This document shows, piece after piece, positions 1-7,960 of a stretch of 24,919 bases of DNA (its first letter is position 1; the number at the start of each line of letters is the position of its first letter). The translations under genes were made by a program, and so were the position numbers. Below the pieces are notes generated by a model. It was not told the DNA's origin, did not search any database, and saw only the letters and a list, made by a program, of their open reading frames with translations. The DNA is from a virus (lineage: Duplodnaviria; Caudoviricetes), in IMG/VR virus record IMGVR_UViG_3300013767_000189, positions 1 to 24,919 of that record, one strand, 5' to 3'.

Positions 1-786
1 TTCGCGGGCCAGGCGAAGGTGTCGCTGTTCGAGGCCGTGTACATGGGCGGGATCGAGGCGCGGCTGTCCGCGCGGCAGGTCGAGCCGCTGCGGATGTTCT
101 GCGACTTCATCCAGCGCCTGACCGACCGCGCGGACAAGGAACCTGCAACGGTCGTGCTCGACGACATGATGGAGGCGATCCACTACGAGGCGTACCTGTA
201 CGACGCGTTCGACGAACGGCAGGCGCAGTCGAAGTGGCAGAACGTGCTCGAATTCCTCGAATGGCTGAAGCGCAAGGGCACCAAGCCGGAGACGGAGGCC
301 GTCGACGGCGAAGCGGAAGGCTTCCACAACGCGGACGGGCTCGCCGATACGGGCAAGAACCTGCTCGGCCTGATCCAGACCGTCGCGCTGATGTCGATGC
401 TCGAGGGCAAGGATGAAGACCCGGACGCCGTGCGGCTGTCGACCGTCCATGCGTCGAAGGGGCTCGAGTATCCGCACGTGTTCCTGGTCGGCGTCGAGGA
501 GGGCATCATGCCGCACCGCGGCGGCAGCGAGGACGACGGCCCGATCGACAACGAGCGGATCGAGGAGGAGCGCCGGCTGATGTACGTCGCGATCACGCGT
601 GCGCAGCGCAGCCTGCACCTGAACTGGTGCAAGAAGCGCAAGCGGGCGCGCGAGACGGTCGTGTGCGAACCGTCGCGCTTCATCCCGGAGATGGGGCTCG
701 ACGACGCGCCGCCGCCGACGCCGGAAGAAGCGCCGATGTCGCCGAAGGACCGGCTCGCGAGCCTGAAGGCGTTGCTGCAGAAGTGA
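1..786 (+). CDS. rep: ATP-dependent SF1 DNA helicase Rep/UvrD family, C-terminal part (5'-truncated by the window)
   Basis: Motif V 'LSTVHASKGLEYPHVFLVG' and motif VI 'EEERRLMYVAITRAQ', then 'PSRFI'. The frame is open from base 1 and stops at TGA 784-786. rep versus uvrD is an inference. Confidence 0.88.
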   Translation, partial: FAGQAKVSLFEAVYMGGIEARLSARQVEPLRMFCDFIQRLTDRADKEPATVVLDDMMEAIHYEAYLYDAFDERQAQSKWQNVLEFLEWLKRKGTKPETEAVDGEAEGFHNADGLADTGKNLLGLIQTVALMSMLEGKDEDPDAVRLSTVHASKGLEYPHVFLVGVEEGIMPHRGGSEDDGPIDNERIEEERRLMYVAITRAQRSLHLNWCKKRKRARETVVCEPSRFIPEMGLDDAPPPTPEEAPMSPKDRLASLKALLQK

Positions 787-842
787 TGAGGCGCCGCCGC
801 CGGGCGCACGGCGTTCCGGCGATCCAGTGACGCCGACAAAAC

Positions 843-880
843 AAAACCCCCGCGATGCGTATGCGTCGCGGGGGTTTTTT
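843..880. terminator. Bidirectional rho-independent terminator between the convergent rep and cytochrome c genes
   Basis: AAAACCCCCGCGATGC-GTAT-GCGTCGCGGGGGTTTTTT: GC-rich stem with one G-U pair, a T-tract on + and an A-tract on the other side. Confidence 0.9.
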
Positions 881-898
881 ACTGACGGCCGGGTGGGC

Positions 899-1795
899 TT
901 ACTTCGACGCGTTGACCATGTAGTCGACGGCGGCCTTCACGTCGGCGTCCGACGCGTTTGACCCGCCCTTCGGCGGCATCGCGCCCTTGCCGTGCAGCGC
1001 GTAGTTGTAGACCGTATCCATCGAGTCCTTCAGGCGCGGCGCCCAGTCTTCCTTGCTGCCGAACTTCGGCGCGCCGAGCACGCCCGCCGCGTGGCAGGCC
1101 TGGCAGGTCGACGTGTACAGCGCCTTGCCGGCGTCGGCGTCGGCGCCGGCCGGGGCGGCCGCGGCCGCCGGTGCTTCACCGGCCTTCGGGATCGCGGCGA
1201 GCGCAGCCTGGGCCGCGGCGATTTGCGCGCTCGCGGCGTCCGCCGGGCCTGACGCGCCCGCGGCGCCGTTGGCGGGTTGCGCCGCGTTGGCGGCCGGCGC
1301 GGCCGGTTCGGGGAAGTTCGCGCCGTCGTTGTTCGCCATGTAGACGATCGCACGGGCGATTTCATAGTCGCTGACGTCGTCGGGGCTCGTGCCGCCGCGC
1401 GGCGGCATCGCGCCCTTGCCGGCCAGCGCCGTCTTCAGCAGCGTGTCGAAGCCTTGCGAGATGCGCGGCGCCCAGTCGTCCTTGTTGCCGAACTTCGGCG
1501 CGCCGGCGGCGCCCGTGCCGTGGCAGGTCACGCAGACGGCCTTGTAGACTTCCTCGCCGGTCTTGTACGTGCGGGGCGCGTTGGCGTCCTTCACGTCGAC
1601 CTGCGCGAGCGGGGCGATACGCGCGGCAACCTGTTCGTCGGATAGCGCGTCCGTGCCGGCGCCGTAACGGAACGCATGGTTCGCATAGTTGGCGAACAGG
1701 ACGATCAGGATGATCGGAATCGCGAACGACGCGATGATGACGGCAATCAGCTGCCCGGGAGTTTTGACGGGAGATTCGTGGGGTGCTTCGCTCAT
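899..1795 (-). CDS. Membrane-anchored di-heme cytochrome c5 family protein
   Basis: N-terminal TM helix, two CxxCH motifs (CVTCH, CQACH) each followed by 'GAPKFG...W' and 'AMPP(R/K)GG' with the axial Met, and an Ala/Pro-rich linker. Confidence 0.93.
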   Translation of the reverse strand: MSEAPHESPVKTPGQLIAVIIASFAIPIILIVLFANYANHAFRYGAGTDALSDEQVAARIAPLAQVDVKDANAPRTYKTGEEVYKAVCVTCHGTGAAGAPKFGNKDDWAPRISQGFDTLLKTALAGKGAMPPRGGTSPDDVSDYEIARAIVYMANNDGANFPEPAAPAANAAQPANGAAGASGPADAASAQIAAAQAALAAIPKAGEAPAAAAAPAGADADAGKALYTSTCQACHAAGVLGAPKFGSKEDWAPRLKDSMDTVYNYALHGKGAMPPKGGSNASDADVKAAVDYMVNASK

Positions 1796-2047
1796 GCTTG
1801 CCTCGTCTCCGTGATTAGGAATTGTGAGCGCGGTGCAACGGCAAAATGGCAGTCCAATGAAGCCCGGTCGATTATAGACGGAACGTTTACATCACGGCGA
1901 GCGGTGCGATGGCGCGTGTTTACCCGCACGCGGCGCGGCCCGGCGAGGATTCGTCGGGCAAGGTGGACGCGTCATGGGAAACCGGGTATCCTTGCCGTCT
2001 TGCCAATCGTGGACGGCCTGTATATTGGGGTCGCTTCACTGTCACAG

Positions 2048-2123
2048 GCGCCCGTAGCTCAATGGATAGAGTACTGCCCTCCGAAGGCAGGGGTTGCTGG
2101 TTCGATCCCAGCCGGGCGCGCCA
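2048..2123 (+). tRNA. tRNA-Arg (anticodon CCG); probable integration site of the downstream element
   Basis: Acceptor stem GCGCCCG/CGGGCGC, D arm, anticodon arm CTGCC-CT CCG AA-GGCAG (CCG at 2081-2083), GGTTCGATCCC T arm and encoded CCA at 2121-2123; 76 nt. Confidence 0.97.
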
Positions 2124-2138
2124 AGCCTAGTCAGGCTC

Positions 2139-3254
2139 TCAGCGGTTTTCTCCTTGCGTCGCACTGTCTCGTTGCAGCTGAATTGCAGCTGGCACCGGCA
2201 CGGGCTCGGCCGTCAGCGGCGCGACCCACTGCGCGAGATGGTCGGCCGACAGGTGCGCGTACCGCTGCACCATTTCCATCGTCTCCCATCCGCCCAGCTC
2301 CTTGAGCACCTGCAGCGGCGTGCCGCGCTGCACGTGCCAGCTCGCCCACGTGTGACGCAGGTCGTGCCAGCGGAAATCGCTCAGGCCGGCACGCTGCAGC
2401 GCCTTGGCCCAGGCAGCCGTTGCCGTCTGGTAGACGGGCCTGCCGCGATAGGTGAACACGCTGTCCGCGCATTCCGGCGCCCGCGGGTTCGCGCGCTGGC
2501 GGCGCAGCACCGCGATCGCGGTATCCGAAAGCGGCACCGTGATGGCCTTGCGCGCCTTCGCCTGGTCAGGGTGGATCCAAGCGACGCGCCGCGCCAGGTC
2601 GACTTGCGACCACCGCAGCCCCGTCACGTTGGAGCGGCGCAGGCCGGTCTCGAGACTGAAGCGCGCCATGTCGGCGAGATGCGCGGGCAGTTCGGCGAGC
2701 AGCCGCTCCGCTTCGGCCGGGGTCAGCCAGCGAATGCGCTTCGAGACGATCTGCGCGCGCTTCGTGACCGGCGCGCGCTCCAGCCATTCCCATTCGACCG
2801 CCGCATTCAACACCGATTTCAGCACGCCGATCACGCGACGCACGGTGCCGTCGCTGACGGCCCGGTCGGTCTCGACGATGCCGTGCCGGGTGCGCACCGT
2901 GCGCGGCTCCCGGCGCTTGGCGAGCGCGATTGCGTCGACGCGATTCCGGTCGATCTCGACGAGCGCGACGCCGGACAGGTGCCGGTCGAGCCAGCGCAGG
3001 TGAATCTTCGACGTTTCCAGGCTGGCGAGCCCCGCGCGTTCGCCGACGTAGCGCACGACCGCGTCGTTCCACGAATGGCGCGGCTTCGTGCCGAGCCGCG
3101 CCTGGTTCCACAGGTCGACCTTCAGCCGGTCGTGGAATTCCTGGGCCTGCGCTTTGTCGCGGGTGCCAGTGCTTCCCTGTACTGGCGTTCCGCCGCCAGG
3201 GGGGTACAGCTTGTATTGCCAGTTCGGGCTGGTCTTGCGTTTGTAGAGCGACAT
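2139..3254 (-). CDS. int: Phage tyrosine integrase (371 aa)
   Basis: 'TGLRRSNV' (R), 'HDLRHTWASW' (HxxR) and 'LGGWETMEMVQRYAHL' (W, catalytic Y). Start taken at ATG 3254 (MSLYKRK..W arm-binding-like N-terminus, AGGA upstream) instead of the 3512 ORF start. Confidence 0.93.
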   Translation of the reverse strand: MSLYKRKTSPNWQYKLYPPGGGTPVQGSTGTRDKAQAQEFHDRLKVDLWNQARLGTKPRHSWNDAVVRYVGERAGLASLETSKIHLRWLDRHLSGVALVEIDRNRVDAIALAKRREPRTVRTRHGIVETDRAVSDGTVRRVIGVLKSVLNAAVEWEWLERAPVTKRAQIVSKRIRWLTPAEAERLLAELPAHLADMARFSLETGLRRSNVTGLRWSQVDLARRVAWIHPDQAKARKAITVPLSDTAIAVLRRQRANPRAPECADSVFTYRGRPVYQTATAAWAKALQRAGLSDFRWHDLRHTWASWHVQRGTPLQVLKELGGWETMEMVQRYAHLSADHLAQWVAPLTAEPVPVPAAIQLQRDSATQGENR

Positions 3255-3580
3255 GGGCGGGTTTCCTGTTGCTGATCGTGCTGATCGTTCCGGGCGACTG
3301 GCGGCAGCCATTCGCCGGCGAGGTAGCGCTGCAGGGCGGCGACGGAAAAGATCCAGCGCTTGCCGACCTTGCGGCCGGGCAGCGCGCCGGCCCGGGCCTT
3401 CAGGCGCACCGTTTCGGGATGGGCGCCGAGCAGGGCCGCGGCGCCGGCCAGGTCGACGGTGGCCGGATGCGCGCTGTCGGCAGGCCGCGCGCCGGGCGGG
3501 CACGCAGCGCAACTCGTGGATTGATGGATCGCGTGTGAAGAGTGCATAACACGTTGATGTTCAAGCGTTTTATTGGCCAT
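3122..3580 (-). CDS. Excisionase-like helix-turn-helix DNA-binding protein
   Basis: 'VDLAGAAALLGAHPETVRLKARAGALPGRKVGKRWIF' is an excisionase/HTH_17-type winged HTH pattern. It lies directly upstream of and overlaps int. The start codon is uncertain. Confidence 0.75.
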   Translation of the reverse strand: MANKTLEHQRVMHSSHAIHQSTSCAACPPGARPADSAHPATVDLAGAAALLGAHPETVRLKARAGALPGRKVGKRWIFSVAALQRYLAGEWLPPVARNDQHDQQQETRPCRSTNARPARTGNTSCTPLAAERQYREALAPATKRRPRNSTTG

Positions 3581-3815
3581 CGGTTGCCATCATTCAGGCG
3601 TGGCGGCCGCGTGGAACCCATGGCGCGAAACCGCTGCATCGCCGGCGACCGATGGCAGCGCGGCCCTGACTCGTGGTGCGCGATGGCGGCGGATCTCAAT
3701 GGCTTCCCGGTTCTCTTTCTTCTTTTTCTTCAATGAGTTGAAGAGAGAGAAAGAAGAAGGGACGGCAGCCGGCGCGCGAACCGGACTCGTGGCAAAAGCG
3801 GCGTGACACGTGGCG
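3512..3815. other. Putative replication origin region (repeated octamers around a purine/pyrimidine-skewed inverted repeat)
   Basis: ACTCGTGG at 3512, 3669 and 3785; pyrimidine tract 3711-3731 facing purine tract 3740-3762 with core TCTTCAA-TGAG-TTGAAGA; lies just downstream of the primase-helicase. Confidence 0.45.
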
Positions 3816-3961
3816 AACCCGGCGCGACGCAAGGCGGCAGTTCCCTCAGGAATCAAGGACTTGCGAGCCGGCACCCGCGATAACCACGACTCGCGTGCGC
3901 TGCCTGCCGGCTCCCGGCGGGCGCCGCCGCGCGGTGACGCGTCGTACAGGGCGTGGCTCAT
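3590..3961 (-). CDS. Possible hypothetical protein overlapping the putative origin region
   Basis: ATGA overlap with the primase stop (MSHALYDASP...). The product is low-complexity (poly-K from the pyrimidine tract), so it may be non-coding. Confidence 0.3.
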   Translation of the reverse strand: MSHALYDASPRGGARREPAGSARESWLSRVPARKSLIPEGTAALRRAGFATCHAAFATSPVRAPAAVPSSFSLFNSLKKKKKENREAIEIRRHRAPRVRAALPSVAGDAAVSRHGFHAAATPE

Positions 3962-6750
3962 GGACGACCTCCGTGCAGCGCGTCGGTCGCCAGATCCTCG
4001 CGCACCGACACGTGCAGGCCGAATGCGGCCAGGCGCTCGAGCGACACGGGCGTCAGGTACGGCACGCGGCGCATGTAGATGCGGCGCTCGACCTCCTTCT
4101 CGCCGACCACGACGCCGGCGTGCTTGAGCTGCGCCTTGAACACGCGATCGGACTTCACGGGCAGGCCGTTCCACTTGTCGCGCAGCGCGCTCGTGTGCGC
4201 GAGGTGATCCATCACGTGCCCGGTGCGCAGCAGCAGGCAGAATTCGCCGTCGACGGTGTCGAACGTGTACGGATGCTTGTAGTTGCCGCCGTCGATTTCC
4301 GACAGCACCGTTTCCATGATCCAGACCCACGGCTCGCGGTCGGCGCTCGTTTCGGCGACGTGGCCGTTCATCTCGGCGATCAGGTCGCGCGGGAAATCGC
4401 CTTCGCTCGGATCCATGCCGGCGAATTCGCACAGGTAGCGCCACGCGAGCCCGATGGCCGCGTAGTTGCCGGCCATGCGCCGCGCGCCGTCGTCCTCGCC
4501 GCTCGCGCGGCAGCCGGCGAGCGCCTTGTCGCGCAGCGTCGCGTACTGGTCGAGCGCGGTGCGCCGGTCGAGCCCGGTCAGGAATTCGAGCCATTGCCGG
4601 ACCGGGAAGCGCGGCAGGTCGTCGGGCAGCAGCGGCCCGCGCTTGCCGGTCAGCGTCGTGCGCACGAGCTTGCCGAGCAGGCTGCGCACCGGCACGTCCT
4701 CGCCGGCGAGCATCACCGGCGCGCACAGCAGGTATTCGGTCATGTCGGTGCCGCGCCGCGTCACCGTGTACTGGTAGTTCTCCTGCAGCAGCCCGACCGC
4801 CTTGTCGATCACGTCCTGCCGCCGTGCCGACAGTTCTTCCCAGCCGACCGGGTGGCTCGTGTGACTGATGCTGGTCAGCAAGCGGAATTCGGTCTGCAGC
4901 GACTGCCCCGAGAACATCGTGAACGCGAGCGAGCGTTCGAGCCGCTTGATGAGCGTCGACTTGCCCGCGCCCTTGTTCGCCTGGATCGTCAGGTGCGGCC
5001 AGAAGCCGAGCAGCGCCTTCAGGTGGCCGCCGAGTGCCCACACGAGCGGGATCGTCGCGGCGTTCTGCCGGAACGTCGTCTGGTAGGCGGCGATCACGCG
5101 GCGCGCGTCGCTCACCGGGCCGCCCGGGAACGTCAGGTTGTGATACGGGCACTGCTTGTCCGCTTCGGTGAAGTAGCAGTCGGGGCCTTCGTTGACGATC
5201 AGCCGCCCGTCGCGCCACGCGAGCCCGACGAAGTTCGCGGCGCGGCGCGCGCCGAGGTCGGCGCCGCGCTCGAGGATGTTCACCATCCGCTTGAACGGCG
5301 CCGGCGCCCAGATCGGGCCGAACTTGCTCCACTGGTCGACGTTGTGCAGCTGGTCGTCGAGCATCACGCGGCGGATCAGCTGCGCACCGTGCCGCGGCGC
5401 CTGCACCGACACGGCGAAGTAGACGGTGGGCGCCTGGTCGGCGTCACCCGTCATCGTCGACGTCGCGCTCGCGACGGCCACGCGGCTGATGCCGGCGATG
5501 CGGAAGCCGCACAGGTCGGTCATCACCGGCGTGTCGACGCCGGATTCCTCGTTGCGATCCATCTTGGCGATGTAGTTCGTGAAGTCGGGCCGGACGCGAA
5601 ACCGCCAGTACTGCGCGAAATCGTGCGCTGGCAGGAAGATGCGCGGCCGGCCGCGGCGCGATGCGTCGCCGGGCAGGCCGGCGACGAGCCACGGCTCGAG
5701 CTGGTCGAGCGCGCGCGCCAGGTCGGCCGCGCCGCGCAGCTGCAGGTAGTCGTTCACGTCGTTGATCGGCGCGCGCGCGGCGTCGCCGTCCGCCAGATCC
5801 GCCAGCCAGCCCGACTGGTCGACCAGCACGGCGCTGATGTCGAGCGCGGTCAGCCGTTCGTGGAGCGCCCACGCGGCCTCGGGGCCGGGGCGCTGCCCGG
5901 CGCGCGGGTGGCCTTCCGCGAACGGCTCGTCGTTGTCCAGGCAGATCGTGACCTGCTTGCCGCGCAGGAACGCGAAGTCGATGCGCTCGACGTTCGCGAG
6001 GCCGCGCAGCGCAAGCGCGGCCGTGCCGGGCAGCGCGCAGGTGTCGATCGACAGCGCGTTGATCGCGCTTTCGACGATGACCACGCGTCTGGCGCGGTCG
6101 AGCCGGCGCGCGTCGGCGGTCCAGCCGTAGCCGGCCTTGTCGCCCTGGGTCTGGGTCTTGACGCCGCCGTTGAGCGCGGGGTCGACGTAGCGCATGTCGA
6201 CCGCGACGACGCGCGCATCGCCCGGCGCGCGCACCACGAACGCGGCGGCGGGGCCGCCGTGGCCGACATCGCCGGCGGCGATCTTCGGGCTCGTCCACGT
6301 GTTGAAGCCGAGCGTGCGCGCCGCGAACGCCGTGTCGAGCGCCGCGGCGGAGATGCCGCGCCCGCCGAGGTAGTCGCGCACGCGCTCGCGCTCGGCCGTA
6401 CAGCGGTCGGCGATGTATTCGACGGTGGATTTCTCGCGGCGCTCGGCCGGCGCCGGGCGCTCGGACGGGAGGCCGTACGCGTCGTGGAGATAGCGGACGG
6501 CGTCGGCAACCGTGCCGCCGCGCGCGTGGATCACGAGGTCGATGCACGAGCCGCCGGCGTCGGCGCTGTGATCGCGCCAGCCGGTGCCGTACTTCGGATG
6601 ATTCGCATAGATCGACAGCGACGGGCTCCGGTCCGCGTGCTGCGGCGAGTGATAGAGCGCGCGGTCGCCGCCGCGGCCGCGTTTCAGGCCGAGACGGCCG
6701 GCGAGGTCGTGCAGGTCGATGTGTCGTTTCAGTTCGTCGATCGAGGCCAT
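3958..6750 (-). CDS. Phage replication protein: degenerate CHC2-like N-terminal domain + TOPRIM primase + P-loop NTPase/helicase (930 aa)
   Basis: 'LYHSPQHADRSPSLSI' (CHC2-like), TOPRIM 'VVIVESAINALS...ICLDND' and Walker A-like 'ANKGAGKST'. Confidence 0.85.
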   Translation of the reverse strand: MASIDELKRHIDLHDLAGRLGLKRGRGGDRALYHSPQHADRSPSLSIYANHPKYGTGWRDHSADAGGSCIDLVIHARGGTVADAVRYLHDAYGLPSERPAPAERREKSTVEYIADRCTAERERVRDYLGGRGISAAALDTAFAARTLGFNTWTSPKIAAGDVGHGGPAAAFVVRAPGDARVVAVDMRYVDPALNGGVKTQTQGDKAGYGWTADARRLDRARRVVIVESAINALSIDTCALPGTAALALRGLANVERIDFAFLRGKQVTICLDNDEPFAEGHPRAGQRPGPEAAWALHERLTALDISAVLVDQSGWLADLADGDAARAPINDVNDYLQLRGAADLARALDQLEPWLVAGLPGDASRRGRPRIFLPAHDFAQYWRFRVRPDFTNYIAKMDRNEESGVDTPVMTDLCGFRIAGISRVAVASATSTMTGDADQAPTVYFAVSVQAPRHGAQLIRRVMLDDQLHNVDQWSKFGPIWAPAPFKRMVNILERGADLGARRAANFVGLAWRDGRLIVNEGPDCYFTEADKQCPYHNLTFPGGPVSDARRVIAAYQTTFRQNAATIPLVWALGGHLKALLGFWPHLTIQANKGAGKSTLIKRLERSLAFTMFSGQSLQTEFRLLTSISHTSHPVGWEELSARRQDVIDKAVGLLQENYQYTVTRRGTDMTEYLLCAPVMLAGEDVPVRSLLGKLVRTTLTGKRGPLLPDDLPRFPVRQWLEFLTGLDRRTALDQYATLRDKALAGCRASGEDDGARRMAGNYAAIGLAWRYLCEFAGMDPSEGDFPRDLIAEMNGHVAETSADREPWVWIMETVLSEIDGGNYKHPYTFDTVDGEFCLLLRTGHVMDHLAHTSALRDKWNGLPVKSDRVFKAQLKHAGVVVGEKEVERRIYMRRVPYLTPVSLERLAAFGLHVSVREDLATDALHGGRP

Positions 6751-6757
6751 ATCGGGG

Positions 6758-7024
6758 TCATTGCTGCCGTTCGGGTTGCGGTGGTGCGGGCGGCGCGGGA
6801 TGGCCCGTCGTGGCCGGCGAACCGGCGAGCGCGCGCAGCGCAGCGGCGGATTGCGGGAAACCGAGCGCGAGGCGATCGGCGAGCGCCGACACGAAGCGGC
6901 CGAGCGTGCGTTGCCGCTCGGGGCTGTCCGGCGGGGCGTCGAAGTTCAGCGTATCGGCGGCCGCCGCGATCGCGGCGCGCAGCGCGGCGTCGTGCGGCGC
7001 GGGTTCGGTGGCGTAGCGGTTCAT
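6758..7024 (-). CDS. Hypothetical phage early protein (88 aa)
   Basis: ATG 7024 (MNRYATEPA...) preceded by GGAGG; ends 7 bp before the primase start. Confidence 0.65.
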   Translation of the reverse strand: MNRYATEPAPHDAALRAAIAAAADTLNFDAPPDSPERQRTLGRFVSALADRLALGFPQSAAALRALAGSPATTGHPAPPAPPQPERQQ

Positions 7025-7128
7025 GTGCGCGCCTCCGGGCAATCGACCCGTACGCAGTGCGCAGGGTGGCGGGCAATCGCCGCGCTGGCGGGGCATCGGA
7101 CGGTGCGGCCCGCGTGGATCGGGATCAT
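7021..7128 (-). CDS. Small hypothetical protein (35 aa), not in the ORF track
   Basis: AAAGGAC upstream of ATG 7128; translates MIPIHAGRTVRCPASAAIARHPAHCVRVDCPEART; the stop overlaps the next start (ATGA, 7021-7024). Confidence 0.45.
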   Translation of the reverse strand: MIPIHAGRTVRCPASAAIARHPAHCVRVDCPEART

Positions 7129-7142
7129 GAGGTGTCCTTTTC

Positions 7143-7188
7143 AATGAAAAAGGCGATCCCTCGCGCCACCGGGGCACGATGCGAGGGA
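7143..7188 (-). terminator. Possible intrinsic terminator or attenuator after ogr
   Basis: TCCCTCGC (7157-7164) and GCGAGGGA (7181-7188) form an inverted repeat, followed on the minus strand by TCGCCTTTTTCATT. Confidence 0.4.
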
Positions 7189-7213
7189 AACGCGGGAACG
7201 AGGGGTTAGGGCG

Positions 7214-7462
7214 TCAGACCGGCAGCTCGAGTTGCGCGGCCAGGCGTTCGCGGACGTGCGGCGAGAGCGGCAACTGCAATGCGAGGTTCGGGACGGCGGA
7301 CGGCGACAGCGTGCGGGCGAATTCCATGTTGACGACGTACGTGTGGCCGCACTCCGGATTCGCGCACTGGAAGGTGATTTCGCGGAACGTCAGCGACATT
7401 TCGCGGCTGCTGCGCGCGGTGGCGCGGGTGCGGCAGTGCGGGCAACGGTTCAGGATTCGCAT
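7214..7462 (-). CDS. ogr: Ogr/Delta-family zinc-finger late transcription activator (82 aa)
   Basis: 'MRILNRCPHC...QCANPECGHTY...TLSPSAVPN' matches the C-x2-C...C-x4-C Ogr/Delta signature. Confidence 0.9.
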   Translation of the reverse strand: MRILNRCPHCRTRATARSSREMSLTFREITFQCANPECGHTYVVNMEFARTLSPSAVPNLALQLPLSPHVRERLAAQLELPV

Positions 7463-7641
7463 GGGGGCGTGCTCCGGGCGAGAGTCTGCGCATGACCGGA
7501 CGGACAGTGGGCTGCGCGGGCGATCCGGCCGCATCGCTGGCCGATCGGCGGATTGGTGCGGGCATGCGCGTCGCTCACAATCGACGCTGCGGGCACGGAC
7601 GGTCGGGCGCGTTCGAAGGGACGGAACATGAGGGGCCCGGT

Positions 7642-7857
7642 TCAACGGCCGGCGGTGCGCGAGCGCGGCGTTGCGATCGCGCGCAGATGGCTCGCGCCGA
7701 TGCGGATCAGTTCGCGCGCCATGCTGGAGATCGAGCGGTTGCGCTGTGCGGCGAGCTGCTCGAGCTCGCCGCGCTCGAGCGGCGTCAGCCCTACGTAGAC
7801 GGGTTTGTCCGACATCGTGCCGCGCGGCGAACGGCGCGGGCCTTTGGGAGTGGTCAT
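7642..7857 (-). CDS. Small ribbon-helix-helix-like regulator in the Cro/Cox position
   Basis: Alternating beta-strand 'KPVYVGLT' followed by helices 'PLERGELEQLAAQRNRSISSMARELIRIG'; first gene divergent from the repressor. Confidence 0.65.
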   Translation of the reverse strand: MTTPKGPRRSPRGTMSDKPVYVGLTPLERGELEQLAAQRNRSISSMARELIRIGASHLRAIATPRSRTAGR

Positions 7858-7892
7858 GGTCGGTATACTTTGTCGAGATAGTCTTGCGTTAC

Positions 7893-7918
7893 GGTAAGGC
7901 CAGTGGGTAAGGCCAGTG
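7893..7918. repeat. Perfect tandem 13-bp direct repeat GGTAAGGCCAGTG x2 (candidate operator)
   Basis: Copies at 7893-7905 and 7906-7918 in the intergenic region between the repressor and the RHH gene. Confidence 0.75.
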
Positions 7919-7943
7919 TAATGAGCAAAAAACAGCGCGTCAA
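7915..7943 (-). promoter_or_regulatory. Sigma70 promoter for the early (lytic) operon
   Basis: Minus strand TTGACG (7943-7938), 17-nt spacer, TACACT (7920-7915), in an AT-rich patch upstream of the RHH gene. Confidence 0.7.
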
Positions 7944-7960
7944 TTGTTAATGGGTAATTT

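Noticed and set aside
2018-2033. CTGTATAT upstream of the tRNA as a second SOS box
   Set aside because: The right half-site ACAG is missing (CTGTATATTGGGGTCG); TATATT is more likely the tRNA -10.
3255-3512. N-terminal extension of the integrase in the 457-aa ORF
   Set aside because: It overlaps the xis HTH in another frame and is low-complexity; ATG 3254 has an RBS and a typical N-terminus.
3895-7209. 1104-aa plus-strand ORF and other long antisense ORFs (e.g. 2094-3275, 9126-10415, 12273-13598, 16718-18139, 23112-24395)
   Set aside because: Shadow frames opposite well-supported genes in high-GC DNA; Arg/Ala-rich with no recognisable motifs.
7463-7645. N-terminal extension of Ogr from TTG 7645
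   Set aside because: Ogr/Delta proteins start a few residues before the first CxxC, and the extension is low-complexity.
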